From NCBI GenBank assembly GCA_017991775.1, contig JAGOPV010000003.1, positions 1 to 59,170 of the forward strand: DNA of 59,170 bases, read 5' to 3'. Shown piece after piece: positions 25,389-33,463 of this stretch. Each line of letters opens with the position of its first letter. Position 1 is the first letter of the stretch. The DNA is from Candidatus Levyibacteriota bacterium (GTDB lineage Bacteria; Patescibacteriota; Microgenomatia; Levybacterales; UBA12049). The position numbers and the translations under genes were made by a program. A model generated the notes under the pieces. That model did not search any database, had not been told where the DNA came from, and worked only from the letters and a program-made list of their open reading frames with translations.

Positions 25389-28282
25389 CAAATGATTTTG
25401 GCGAGGAAGCGTCCTGTTTCAGATACTGGGTTGGCTGCAATTTCTTTTGGAGTACCCGTGGCAACGATAGTGCCACCTTTTTCGCCACCTTCTGGTCCAA
25501 GATCGATAATGTGATCTGCATTCTTAATCATGTCTAGATTGTGCTCAATAACTATGACTGAATTACCCTGATCTACAAGTTTTCGTAGAACATTTAGTAA
25601 CTTTTCTAAATCAGCAAAGTGGAGACCTGTCGTTGGCTCGTCGAGAAGATAGAGTGCATCTCGTCCTCTCTTAGAAAGCTCTGCTGCCAACTTAACGCGC
25701 TGAGCCTCCCCACCTGAAAGTGTTGGAGCTGGTTGTCCAAGGGTCACATATGAAAGTCCAACTTCTTTAAGCATTTCTAATTTGTGTGCAAGCCCTGGCA
25801 CAAATGAGAAGAACTCAACTGCCTCAGCTACGCTCATGTCTAGAACATCTGCGATATTTTTACCTTGAAATAAGATCTCAAGTGCGTCGCTATTGTATTG
25901 CTTGCCCTGGCAAATTTCACAAGTCACATAGACATCTGGCAAGAACTGCATCTCGATCTTGATCTGACCCTCTCCCTCACAAGCTTCGCATCTTCCCCCC
26001 TTTACGTTAAATGAGAATCTACCAGGACCATATCCTCTCAATTTCGCTTCCTTAGTCTTGGCAAAGACTTCACGAATATAGTTAAAACAACCTGTATATG
26101 TCGCAGGATTACTTCTTGGCGTTCTTCCAATTGGCGACTGATCGATTGCAAAGACATTTTTGATTTTTTCAAATCCTTCCAATTTCTCAAATTCTCCTGC
26201 TTTTTGCCTGTGAAAAGTGTTGTTTTGCTGCATGAGAGCATGGTAGAGAATGTCATTAATAAGTGTGGACTTGCCACTACCAGACACTCCAGTTACCACG
26301 ATTAATTCATGGAGTGGAAAATCTACAGTGATATTTTTAAGATTATGCTCTTTGGCACCTATCAGAGATAACTTACCCGGATCTTTTTTAACAAGCATTG
26401 GATCTACTTTTCGTTCAACCTTGATGACCTTCTTTTTTGAGAGGTACTGACCAGTGACTGAAGTAGGTGACTTTTTCAATTCTTCATACGTTCCATGGGC
26501 TACGATCTCTCCGCCATATGCCCCAGCTCCTGGCCCAAAGTCATAGATGTAATCTGCTGCTGCCATAGTATCTTCATCATGTTCCACAACAAGTACAGTG
26601 TTGCCAAGGTCGCGAAGCCGCTTCAGGGTATCAATGAGTTTGGCATTGTCTCTTTGGTGAAGGCCAATGGACGGCTCATCAAGCACATAGAGTACCCCAG
26701 TGAGTCCACTTCCAATCTGTGAAGCGAGGCGAATTCGCTGTGCCTCCCCACCGGCAAGTGTTGAAGCATTTCGAGAAAGTGTAAGATACTCAAGCCCAAC
26801 ATCAACTAAAAAGCCAATACGAGTACTGATCTCACGCAGAATGAGCTTACCGATCTCTAACTCTCTTTTGTTAAATTTAACTGAAACTGTGCTGAAGAAT
26901 TCAAGCACTTTGCCAATTGGCATATCTGAGATATCTACAATGGATTTACCATCTATTGTTACTCCAAGCGCCTCTTTTTTCAGACGTGCTCCGTTACATT
27001 CTGGACAAACATCATAGCGCATGAATTTCTCAATTTGGCCCCTGACATAGTTGGAGTCTGACTCTGCGAAACGTCGTCTAAGCTCAGCTGCAATTCCTTT
27101 GAAAGCCTCACTAATAACAGTCTGACTCCCCCAACGATTTTCACCTTTTACTTTATATTCTTTCTCGCCAGTACCAAACAGTAAGAGCTCTTTCTCAGCT
27201 TCTGAGAAATCACCTAATTTTTTATCCATCTTAATGCCGTTCTCAGAGCAAAACGTCTTAAATGTTCGCGAGAACCATGTATCATTTGATCCAAGATTAA
27301 AGAAAGGAAGGATACCACCCTCATTGATTGTTAGATTTTCATTAAAAATTAGATCTTTATCCACGATAAGAACTCTTCCAATACCAGAACATTCAGGACA
27401 AGCGCCATGAGGCGTGTTGAATGAAAATATTCTAGGCTCAATTTCTGACATCGAAATATTGTCAACTGGACACGCAAATTTCTCAGAGTAGAGATGGTCT
27501 TCTAGCTCTTTAGGAAGATCTGGGATGTCGAAAGAAGCATCTTTGATAACAGCGACTATTAGCTCGCCATTCCCAAGTGAAAGCGCTTGTTCTATATCGG
27601 TTGAGAGTCTGATCCTATCTGTCTCTTTTGCAATGACAAGTGAATCGATCACGACATCAATTGTGTGCTTGTTGGTCTTGATCAAGACCATTTTGTCATC
27701 GAGCGAGTAAACATGACCATCAATTCGCACTTTGCGATATCCCCTCTTCTTTAAGGAGACAAAAAGCTCCGAATACTCCCCTTTTCTGTCTTTAACGATA
27801 GGAGCTAAAATCATGACGCGAGCGAACTTCTTGCCAGGATCATTCTGTGTCTCTTGCATGAGTAAAATGTTGTCTGTGATCTGCTCTTTAGACTGCTGGG
27901 CAATCTCACGTCCACACTGAGGACAATGAGGATGACCTACACGAGCAAAAAGAAGTCTCATGTAGTCATAGATCTCAGTCACAGTACCCACTGTTGAGCG
28001 TGGATTGTGAGAAGTGGATTTCTGATCAATTGAAATTGCAGGTGAAAGGCCTTCGATCAAATCGACATCTGGCTTTTTCATTGTTCCTAAGAATTGACGT
28101 GCGTATGAGGAAAGGCTTTCGACGTATCGTCTTTGCCCTTCTGCATAGACTGTGTCAAAAGCTAGTGAGGATTTGCCACTACCTGAAAGCCCAGTAAAAA
28201 CAACCAATTTGTTCTTTGGGATTTCGAGGTCGACATTCTTAAGATTGTGCTCACGTGCACCTTTTACAATGATCTTTTCCAT
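25388..28282 (-). CDS. uvrA: excinuclease ABC subunit A
   Basis: 964 aa. Two ABC ATPase modules ([14 protein letters not shown] and [10 protein letters not shown]) and zinc-finger Cys clusters. Confidence 0.95.
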   Translation of the reverse strand: MEKIIVKGAREHNLKNVDLEIPKNKLVVFTGLSGSGKSSLAFDTVYAEGQRRYVESLSSYARQFLGTMKKPDVDLIEGLSPAISIDQKSTSHNPRSTVGTVTEIYDYMRLLFARVGHPHCPQCGREIAQQSKEQITDNILLMQETQNDPGKKFARVMILAPIVKDRKGEYSELFVSLKKRGYRKVRIDGHVYSLDDKMVLIKTNKHTIDVVIDSLVIAKETDRIRLSTDIEQALSLGNGELIVAVIKDASFDIPDLPKELEDHLYSEKFACPVDNISMSEIEPRIFSFNTPHGACPECSGIGRVLIVDKDLIFNENLTINEGGILPFFNLGSNDTWFSRTFKTFCSENGIKMDKKLGDFSEAEKELLLFGTGEKEYKVKGENRWGSQTVISEAFKGIAAELRRRFAESDSNYVRGQIEKFMRYDVCPECNGARLKKEALGVTIDGKSIVDISDMPIGKVLEFFSTVSVKFNKRELEIGKLILREISTRIGFLVDVGLEYLTLSRNASTLAGGEAQRIRLASQIGSGLTGVLYVLDEPSIGLHQRDNAKLIDTLKRLRDLGNTVLVVEHDEDTMAAADYIYDFGPGAGAYGGEIVAHGTYEELKKSPTSVTGQYLSKKKVIKVERKVDPMLVKKDPGKLSLIGAKEHNLKNITVDFPLHELIVVTGVSGSGKSTLINDILYHALMQQNNTFHRQKAGEFEKLEGFEKIKNVFAIDQSPIGRTPRSNPATYTGCFNYIREVFAKTKEAKLRGYGPGRFSFNVKGGRCEACEGEGQIKIEMQFLPDVYVTCEICQGKQYNSDALEILFQGKNIADVLDMSVAEAVEFFSFVPGLAHKLEMLKEVGLSYVTLGQPAPTLSGGEAQRVKLAAELSKRGRDALYLLDEPTTGLHFADLEKLLNVLRKLVDQGNSVIVIEHNLDMIKNADHIIDLGPEGGEKGGTIVATGTPKEIAANPVSETGRFLAKII

Positions 28283-28361
28283 AGGGGTAAGAGAGCGTCT
28301 ATTATAGGTTAATCTGAGGAGTAAATCAATTCACCTACTTCCATATACAAGTGAGTATTGC

Positions 28362-28367
28362 TAGAGT
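28362..28367 (+). promoter_or_regulatory. extended -10 box TGCTAGAGT, 6 nt upstream of the ATG
   Basis: TGcTAGAGT-agctct-ATG, consistent with a leaderless transcript. Confidence 0.45.
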
Positions 28368-28373
28368 AGCTCT

Positions 28374-28910
28374 ATGACCAAAGGCAAGATCATCAGTAGT
28401 CTACTTTCACTCATTTTTATTCTTTGTGTGAGCTATGTTGCAAAAACGTATCAGCTTCCAGAGTCTGCAACACTTGCAGTTCAAGATATCGCACCAACTG
28501 TAGCTCTACCAATGGCATCTGAATCTGCAGTTATAACAAGAATTATTGACGGAGATACAGTGCAGATCGCGACTGGTGAAAAAGTGAGGCTTATTGGCAT
28601 AGACACACCAGAGACGGTTGATCCTCGTAAGGGCGTACAATGTTTTGGCAAAAAAGCATCAGATCACACCAAGGAAATACTCTTAAATAAAGAGGTAACT
28701 CTAAAAAAAGATATTTCTAACACTGACAGATACGGAAGGCTGCTGAGATACATCTATGTTGGAGATACCTTCATTAATGAACAACTTGTGCGAGATGGAT
28801 ATGCGAAAGCATCTAGCTATCCTCCAGATATTAGGTATCAAGAAGTATTTTTAGAGGCACAGAAGTATTCACAGGAAAACAGCCTTGGACTTTGGGGAGA
28901 ATGTTATTAG
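28374..28910 (+). CDS. thermonuclease (staphylococcal nuclease-like) family protein, membrane-anchored or secreted
   Basis: IDGDTVQI...VRLIGIDTPET and DRYGRLLRYI motifs. N-terminal hydrophobic segment. Confidence 0.85.
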   Translation: MTKGKIISSLLSLIFILCVSYVAKTYQLPESATLAVQDIAPTVALPMASESAVITRIIDGDTVQIATGEKVRLIGIDTPETVDPRKGVQCFGKKASDHTKEILLNKEVTLKKDISNTDRYGRLLRYIYVGDTFINEQLVRDGYAKASSYPPDIRYQEVFLEAQKYSQENSLGLWGECY

Positions 28911-28947
28911 CGTCTAGCGTCTAGCAACTTGCGGTAGTTGCTAGGGA
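28908..28947. repeat. TAG-heptad repeat ending in a 9-bp hairpin (bidirectional terminator candidate)
   Basis: TAGCGTC TAGCGTC TAGCAAC, then CTAGCAACT-tgcggt-AGTTGCTAG at 28921-28944. Lies between convergent genes. Confidence 0.6.
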
Positions 28948-29505
28948 TTATTCGATCTTATCAAAGGTGAAGTAGCGAAGATCATGAATCTGAATATTGT
29001 AATATGTCTCAAGTATCCTTCCCGCAGCTTCAATATGCATTTCCCCATGCAGTTCAAGTCTCTTTGCTAGATCTAATAATTCCTCTTCTGTCTCTCCTTC
29101 TAGCTCTACATAAGTAGGCACACCAGGCCAAGTATCAATATCCACTCTCGCATTTTCAAACAAGAATGAATGGCGCTTCTTTTCCTGGACCCTGAATGCT
29201 ACCAATCCAAGCTTTTCGAGAAAGGCCACAGTCTTCTCTTCATCATTCACACTGATCTCAATTTCTGTAGTTGTGGAGGTCTCAATGAGGGCTCGCTCTT
29301 TGTAGGTCAGCAAAAGTTCATCCTTAGTCTTTCGTAAACGCACGATCTTTTTCTCTTTACGAAAGTCAGCAACCTTGCTATAGAAAATGATCTCACGATA
29401 GAGGTCTTCGCCGAGATCTTGCGCCTTTAGTTCATGCAGCCTTGAGATGAGAGCTTCTTTATCAATTTCGAGGAATTTAATTTCTGTCTCAGTGTTATCA
29501 CTCAT
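28948..29505 (-). CDS. CYTH domain protein (second, divergent copy)
   Basis: N-terminal TEIKF (ExK) motif, RLRK and later acidic motifs of triphosphate tunnel enzymes. 185 aa. Confidence 0.65.
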   Translation of the reverse strand: MSDNTETEIKFLEIDKEALISRLHELKAQDLGEDLYREIIFYSKVADFRKEKKIVRLRKTKDELLLTYKERALIETSTTTEIEISVNDEEKTVAFLEKLGLVAFRVQEKKRHSFLFENARVDIDTWPGVPTYVELEGETEEELLDLAKRLELHGEMHIEAAGRILETYYNIQIHDLRYFTFDKIE

Positions 29506-29534
29506 GTGTCGAGAAAGGCAAAGATGATACTAAG

Positions 29535-29606
29535 TGAGCCGGACAGGATTCGAACCTGTGACCAAGAGCTTAAAAGGCTCCTGCTCTACCGCTGAGCTAC
29601 CGGCCC
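29535..29606 (-). tRNA. tRNA-Lys (anticodon TTT)
   Basis: The reverse complement folds as follows. Acceptor GGGCCGG/CCGGCTC, D arm GCTC..GAGC, anticodon arm GGAGC-CTTTTAA-GCTCT, T arm ACAGG-TTCGAAT-CCTGT. Confidence 0.9.
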
Positions 29607-29644
29607 CAATAGCTAATGGCATTTGGCGAATAGCTAAGGTGTTA

Positions 29645-29674
29645 ATTATACCAAGGCTGAGGCAGCCTTGACAA
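29645..29674 (-). promoter_or_regulatory. tRNA-Lys(TTT) promoter (TTGTCA-18 nt-TATAAT with TGG extension)
   Basis: Reverse complement of 29669-29674 is TTGTCA. Reverse complement of 29645-29650 is TATAAT. Confidence 0.5.
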
Positions 29675-29824
29675 GGTAGCCATGAATACTGCCCTATAAT
29701 AATTGAATTCGGGTTGTGCCTCTGATATACTTCAAAAAAATAAGGTCTCATGCTAACAAAGCGTTATGATGTGGGATCTTTTTTGTACATTTACATTTGA
29801 AATTCAGATAAATGTGTCAAGTCG

Positions 29825-29903
29825 GTGGCAGCGTGTCCCAAATTTTTGAGATAGGCTGCTGCCACTTGGCATGCCAGACGTAAGTCTGTCATCTCGCAAG
29901 GAG
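29825..29903 (+). promoter_or_regulatory. conserved structured leader, copy 1
   Basis: P1 GTGGCAGC (29825-32) / GCTGCCAC (29858-65). Inner stem TGTCCCA/TGAGATA. P3 CAGAC-GTAA-GTCTG (29875-88). SD AAGGAG at 29898-29903. Confidence 0.6.
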
Positions 29904-29910
29904 TAACTTA

Positions 29911-30129
29911 ATGTCTCATATGCCACATGATCCTACAAGCATTCTGGCATCAGAGCCAGAGGCAGAACAGAGACTCGAGGCATGGTGTCTTGAGGAGGGC
30001 CTTAAAAATCCGACGATTAGTTACATCAGCAGGGCTGGGAACCAATGGCTCTATACCATTAACGAAGACAGACCCGACCAGGTATTTGATGTGGCTGTCG
30101 ATGTAACCGGTGAGGTGAAGCGCAGGTAG
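29911..30129 (+). CDS. small hypothetical protein, paralog family member 1 (72 aa)
   Basis: AAGGAG lies 8 nt upstream. Shares the W-[CL]-x-x-x-G-[LFI] core and downstream beta-like segments with the ORFs at 30148 and 30829. Confidence 0.5.
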   Translation: MSHMPHDPTSILASEPEAEQRLEAWCLEEGLKNPTISYISRAGNQWLYTINEDRPDQVFDVAVDVTGEVKRR

Positions 30130-30147
30130 CGCTCCAAAGGAACTGCC

Positions 30148-30396
30148 ATGACTGATCGCCGTCCAAGCGACATCCGCCCACGCAAATCACCACTCGATCC
30201 TCTCAATGAGGCTCAGGACAAAGTCATCGCATGGTGTAAAAGTGTAGGCTTTGAGCATGTAGAAATTACTGCATGCTACGGTCTGCAACAGAAGGGATGG
30301 GAATTCGATCTGATCGCAGATCAACAAGTTTCAAGTGCACTCCTCACACTCGAGAACAGGATCAAGGCTCCTGGTCTCAACATCAGAAAGGGTTAA
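30148..30396 (+). CDS. small hypothetical protein, paralog family member 2 (82 aa)
   Basis: AAAGGA upstream. The IAWCKSVGF core aligns with EAWCLEEGL and KNWLKSLGI. Confidence 0.5.
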   Translation: MTDRRPSDIRPRKSPLDPLNEAQDKVIAWCKSVGFEHVEITACYGLQQKGWEFDLIADQQVSSALLTLENRIKAPGLNIRKG

Positions 30397-30401
30397 GAGT
30401 A

Positions 30402-30551
30402 GTGGGACTTCTTCTTGTAGGCGTCGGCTTCGCAACTGGAGCGGTCGCAATCTTACGAGGGATGGATGAGTATCAAAAGCTCTTTGCCCTGTCAGGGAGT
30501 GGTCTGACCTGCGTTGCAGGACTCGCGATGTGCGTCGCCCAGCTCCTCTGA
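30402..30551 (+). CDS. possible 49-aa two-TM peptide
   Basis: The GTG at 30402 is in frame with ORF-track entry 30273..30551 and begins just after the preceding stop. VGLLLVGVGFATGAVAIL and LTCVAGLAMCVAQLL are hydrophobic helices. Confidence 0.3.
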   Translation: MGLLLVGVGFATGAVAILRGMDEYQKLFALSGSGLTCVAGLAMCVAQLL

Positions 30552-30560
30552 ATTTCAAAT

Positions 30561-30614
30561 CACTGACCCAAAAGGTCTTATCTCAGGCGGTCCCGCTTAG
30601 CGAGGCCGCCTTTT
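30561..30614 (+). terminator. conserved 3' module, copy 1 (mini-hairpin plus GC-rich terminator)
   Basis: GACC-caaaa-GGTC, then GGCGGTCCCGC-tta-GCGAGGCCGCC and TTTT. Confidence 0.7.
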
Positions 30615-30729
30615 ATTTTCTATAAAAACTGTTGTACTATCAATTTGAGTAGTATCACAATCTTTTGTCTGAAATTCTGATATACTATATACCTTAATAT
30701 TGTTCATTCACAATTTAAAGTTATAAGAG

Positions 30730-30801
30730 ATTGGCAACAACGTGTCTCACCTAATAACTGAGATAGGCTGCTGCCAATTGGCAAGCCAGACTTAGTGTCT
30801 G
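30730..30801 (+). promoter_or_regulatory. conserved structured leader, copy 2
   Basis: P1 ATTGGCA (30730-36) / TGCCAAT (30772-78). Inner stem TGTCTCA/TGAGATA. P3 CAGAC-ttagt-GTCTG (30787-30801). An 18-nt block TGAGATAGGCTGCTGCCA is identical to copy 1. Confidence 0.6.
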
Positions 30802-30828
30802 TGTAGTTCAATGCGAAGGGGTGTATCC

Positions 30829-31029
30829 ATGCGTGCTAGCAAGGGCGATACCAACAAGAATCGCAAGCAGCCAGTCAAGAACTGGCTCAAATCACTCGGC
30901 ATCACCGGAGCTCAGATCTTCTCTCTAGGAAGTCACGACTTCCGAATTCGCCTCAGCAATGGCGAAGTGCACAATGCTCACGTGATCAATGCCGACAATA
31001 TCGAGTGCAAATCCCTACAGAAGGGGTAG
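30829..31029 (+). CDS. small hypothetical protein, paralog family member 3 (66 aa)
   Basis: The ATG at 30829 is preceded by GAAGGGG. The ORF-track start at 30811 lies inside the leader. Confidence 0.5.
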   Translation: MRASKGDTNKNRKQPVKNWLKSLGITGAQIFSLGSHDFRIRLSNGEVHNAHVINADNIECKSLQKG

Positions 31030-31040
31030 CAATCATTTTT

Positions 31041-31095
31041 CATTGACCCGAAAGGTCATCACACAGGCGGCCCCGCATCGCGAGGCCGCCTTTTT
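31041..31095 (+). terminator. conserved 3' module, copy 2
   Basis: TGACC-cgaaa-GGTCA, then GGCGGCCCCGC-atc-GCGAGGCCGCC and TTTTT. Confidence 0.7.
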
Positions 31096-31172
31096 CATGC
31101 CAATTACCCCAGCATTAAAGAATATACATGTAAATATTTTTTCTTTATACTAATAGTAGTTTTACCTCATCC

Positions 31173-33224
31173 ATGAAACTTTTAAAACGTTTACTGCTTG
31201 CTTCCTCACTATTTCTTCTTTTATTTGTTTCATTCAATCATGTTGTTCGAGCACTTGTTAGCACATTGGTTACATTTAATTCGACATCAGATCTTACTGA
31301 TAAGTTTAACTCTGATGGATCTGTGCAATTTACTAACACATCAACTGGTGGTATTGGAAATACTGGTGCGATTAACGTCCCACTTTCAACGACTGATATT
31401 TGGACTACAAAGCAAGGGTACTCAGTTGCAGGTCAAGGAGATATCTATACTTTCAGCGCATATTTTAAGATACAAGCAAATGGTGGTTATGGTGGTCTGG
31501 GATTTTCAAACGCTGATACTAACACAGGTGACTCACAAGGACAGCCGCTCAAAGGAATAGGCATGTCTTTTCATGGCGGTGGAGGATCTTTTGTTAACAA
31601 TAGAACATACACCGATGTCTCGTGGCCCCCGGATCTAGTGCTTGGCAATTGGTATAAGATGATTTTTAAAGTTACTGCTAAAGGAAGCAACACGTATGAT
31701 CTCAATTTTCAAATTTGGAATTCTGATGCTGATGGCACTCTGAGCACCATGAAAACAGAGAAAAATCTCAATGGCATTGTGAATAGCGATCTTGGGTCTG
31801 CGAGCATTATTCATGGATTTTTTGCAGCAGCAGGATCTCGAATGGAAAAAATCGACAACTTCCTCATAGAACTTGAGGGAGGAGCTGGATTTGTTGATGA
31901 AAATCTTCCTGTTGTTCTTACAGCATCACCATCCGCGGTCATGGGCACTACAGCCACTTCAGGAGGAAACGCGACTGATGACCAAGGAGCAGCAATTACG
32001 GATAGAGGTGTCTGTTGGAACACATCATCCAGTCCAACCACATCGCACACATGTACGCATGATGGCACTGGAGAAGGAACATTTTCAAGCTCACTAACCG
32101 GTCTCTCTGGATTGACAGCATACTATGTAAGAGCTTTTGCGACTAATTCTCAAGGGACAAGCTATGGAAGCGAATACAGTTTCACTACTTCAGCTGCTCC
32201 AACATCAACCCCAACACCAGCAGTCACATCTGAAAATATCCAGAGTCAATCAAGCTCAACCTCTCAATCAAATGTCTGCAACGACCAAACACCAATTGGC
32301 TCACCAGAGCTTTTTCAAATCGACCCCGGAGAGACTTCGGCTATAGTTTACTTCACACCTGTGAGCAATATTCAAAGCTATTTCCTCACCTACTCATCAG
32401 ATCCAAAGGCACTTGAGCACGGAACAGAAATGTCTCTTTCATCAAATGGAGTTCAGAAAATTGAAGTTAGATCACTTTCAAGGAATACAACCTACTATTT
32501 CAAGGTTAGAGGACAAAATGGTTGCATGCCTGGCAACTGGTCAAATATATATTCTGCAAAAACGTCAAGTCAGTTGTCTATGGCCTCAATTGGCTCCCCA
32601 ATTATTCAGAAGGTTTTCAAAAATGAAATTAAAATCATCTCTTCTGAGTTGGAATCTAAAAAATCCAACGTGTGCTCTTATAAGGTGCAAGCAGGTGACT
32701 CTCTTTGGACAATTGCTCAAGCAAAATTTACAGAAGGTTCAAAGTTTGTAGAAATTAAAACACTTAACAACCTTTCAAGCGATTTATTGTCAACTGGACA
32801 AGAACTAAAGCTTCCTTGTGGAAATGACGAAGTTAGTGCAGATAAGGCCAAGAATGAATTGACTCAGGAGGGAACTCGGCTTGATGTTTTAGTAAAAGAT
32901 ACTTCAGGAGGTCCGCTTGAAGGCGTAACTGTTACTCTACATTCCAAAGTTCAGATATCCAAGACAAATAAAGAAGGGATTGCAAAATTCACAAATGTCG
33001 AGCCTGGAGACCATAAGGTAATTCTTGCATATAAGAACTATAACGGTGAGCAGAAGTTAAATGTCGATGGATCAAAAACGGAACAGGTACTTACGCTACA
33101 GGTGCAGATGAACAATGGCTTTTCATCTCCCCTGGTCATTGTAGTGGTGACTCTCTTAATTCTAACAATTCTCTATCTTCTCTTCATCATTTTAAAAAAA
33201 AGGAAGAAGAAAGAGCCTCGTTAA
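31173..33224 (+). CDS. large secreted, C-terminally anchored surface protein (lectin-like N-domain, Fn3-like repeats, LysM, CarboxypepD_reg-like)
   Basis: Signal peptide. Fn3-like segments (YYVRAFATNSQGTSYGSEYSFTT and TTYYFKVRGQNG). LysM (YKVQAGDSLWTIAQ...). LDVLVKDTSGGPLEGVTVTL. Terminal TM helix plus KKRKKK. Confidence 0.75.
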   Translation: MKLLKRLLLASSLFLLLFVSFNHVVRALVSTLVTFNSTSDLTDKFNSDGSVQFTNTSTGGIGNTGAINVPLSTTDIWTTKQGYSVAGQGDIYTFSAYFKIQANGGYGGLGFSNADTNTGDSQGQPLKGIGMSFHGGGGSFVNNRTYTDVSWPPDLVLGNWYKMIFKVTAKGSNTYDLNFQIWNSDADGTLSTMKTEKNLNGIVNSDLGSASIIHGFFAAAGSRMEKIDNFLIELEGGAGFVDENLPVVLTASPSAVMGTTATSGGNATDDQGAAITDRGVCWNTSSSPTTSHTCTHDGTGEGTFSSSLTGLSGLTAYYVRAFATNSQGTSYGSEYSFTTSAAPTSTPTPAVTSENIQSQSSSTSQSNVCNDQTPIGSPELFQIDPGETSAIVYFTPVSNIQSYFLTYSSDPKALEHGTEMSLSSNGVQKIEVRSLSRNTTYYFKVRGQNGCMPGNWSNIYSAKTSSQLSMASIGSPIIQKVFKNEIKIISSELESKKSNVCSYKVQAGDSLWTIAQAKFTEGSKFVEIKTLNNLSSDLLSTGQELKLPCGNDEVSADKAKNELTQEGTRLDVLVKDTSGGPLEGVTVTLHSKVQISKTNKEGIAKFTNVEPGDHKVILAYKNYNGEQKLNVDGSKTEQVLTLQVQMNNGFSSPLVIVVVTLLILTILYLLFIILKKRKKKEPR

Positions 33225-33293
33225 CTTCTCCTTTTACCCTATGGGGCAAAGCCTCAAGTCACCCACTTCATGGGTTTTACGAGTGAAATCTGC

Positions 33294-33299
33294 TATAAT
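33294..33299 (+). promoter_or_regulatory. extended -10 box (TGCTATAAT) for tRNA-Glu
   Basis: Ends 20 nt upstream of the tRNA 5' end. Confidence 0.5.
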
Positions 33300-33319
33300 T
33301 AGGATCGGAATCGATATTT

Positions 33320-33391
33320 GGCCCGTTCTTCTATCGGTTAGGAAACAGGGTTTTCATCCCTGGAAGACGAGTTCGACTCTCGTACGGGTCA
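33320..33391 (+). tRNA. tRNA-Glu (anticodon TTC)
   Basis: Acceptor GGCCCGT/ACGGGTC, anticodon arm CAGGG-TTTTCAT-CCCTG, 4-nt variable loop, T arm ACGAG-TTCGACT-CTCGT. Confidence 0.85.
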
Positions 33392-33398
33392 CATTTGC

Positions 33399-33404
33399 TA
33401 TAAT
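33399..33404 (+). promoter_or_regulatory. extended -10 box (TTTGCTATAAT) directly abutting the tRNA-Glu 3' end
   Basis: The TG extension starts 5 nt after the discriminator base. The 9-bp hairpin CATAAGAAT/ATTCTTATG (33409-33435) follows. Confidence 0.5.
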
Positions 33405-33463
33405 ACCCCATAAGAATTGAAATACTATTCTTATGAACTTTTACATCTTGTAGATCGTTTGGT

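Noticed and set aside
29530-29751. 73-aa minus-strand ORF.
   Set aside because: It is the translation of tRNA-Lys(TTT) and its promoter region.
29847-29864. TPP or another known riboswitch, because of CTGAGA/TGAGATAGG and GCCAGAC in the leaders.
   Set aside because: The pyrimidine-sensor helix signature (ACCTGA...) and the overall junction layout of the TPP class are missing. I could not match any riboswitch class from memory. An Rfam scan is still needed.
29866-29880. Possible sigma-54 promoter, because of the TGGCA motifs in the cassette leaders.
   Set aside because: There is no TTGC(A/T) element at the required 5-nt spacing from TGGCAC in either copy. The TGGCA/TGCCA blocks are better explained as complementary stem or operator elements.
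30273-30401. 5' part of ORF 30273..30551.
   Set aside because: It overlaps the 82-aa ORF in another frame. Only the segment after the 82-aa stop (from the GTG at 30402) encodes the hydrophobic peptide.
31173-33224. Diversity-generating retroelement target in the large surface protein.
   Set aside because: The window has no reverse transcriptase ORF and no template/variable repeat pair that I could find.
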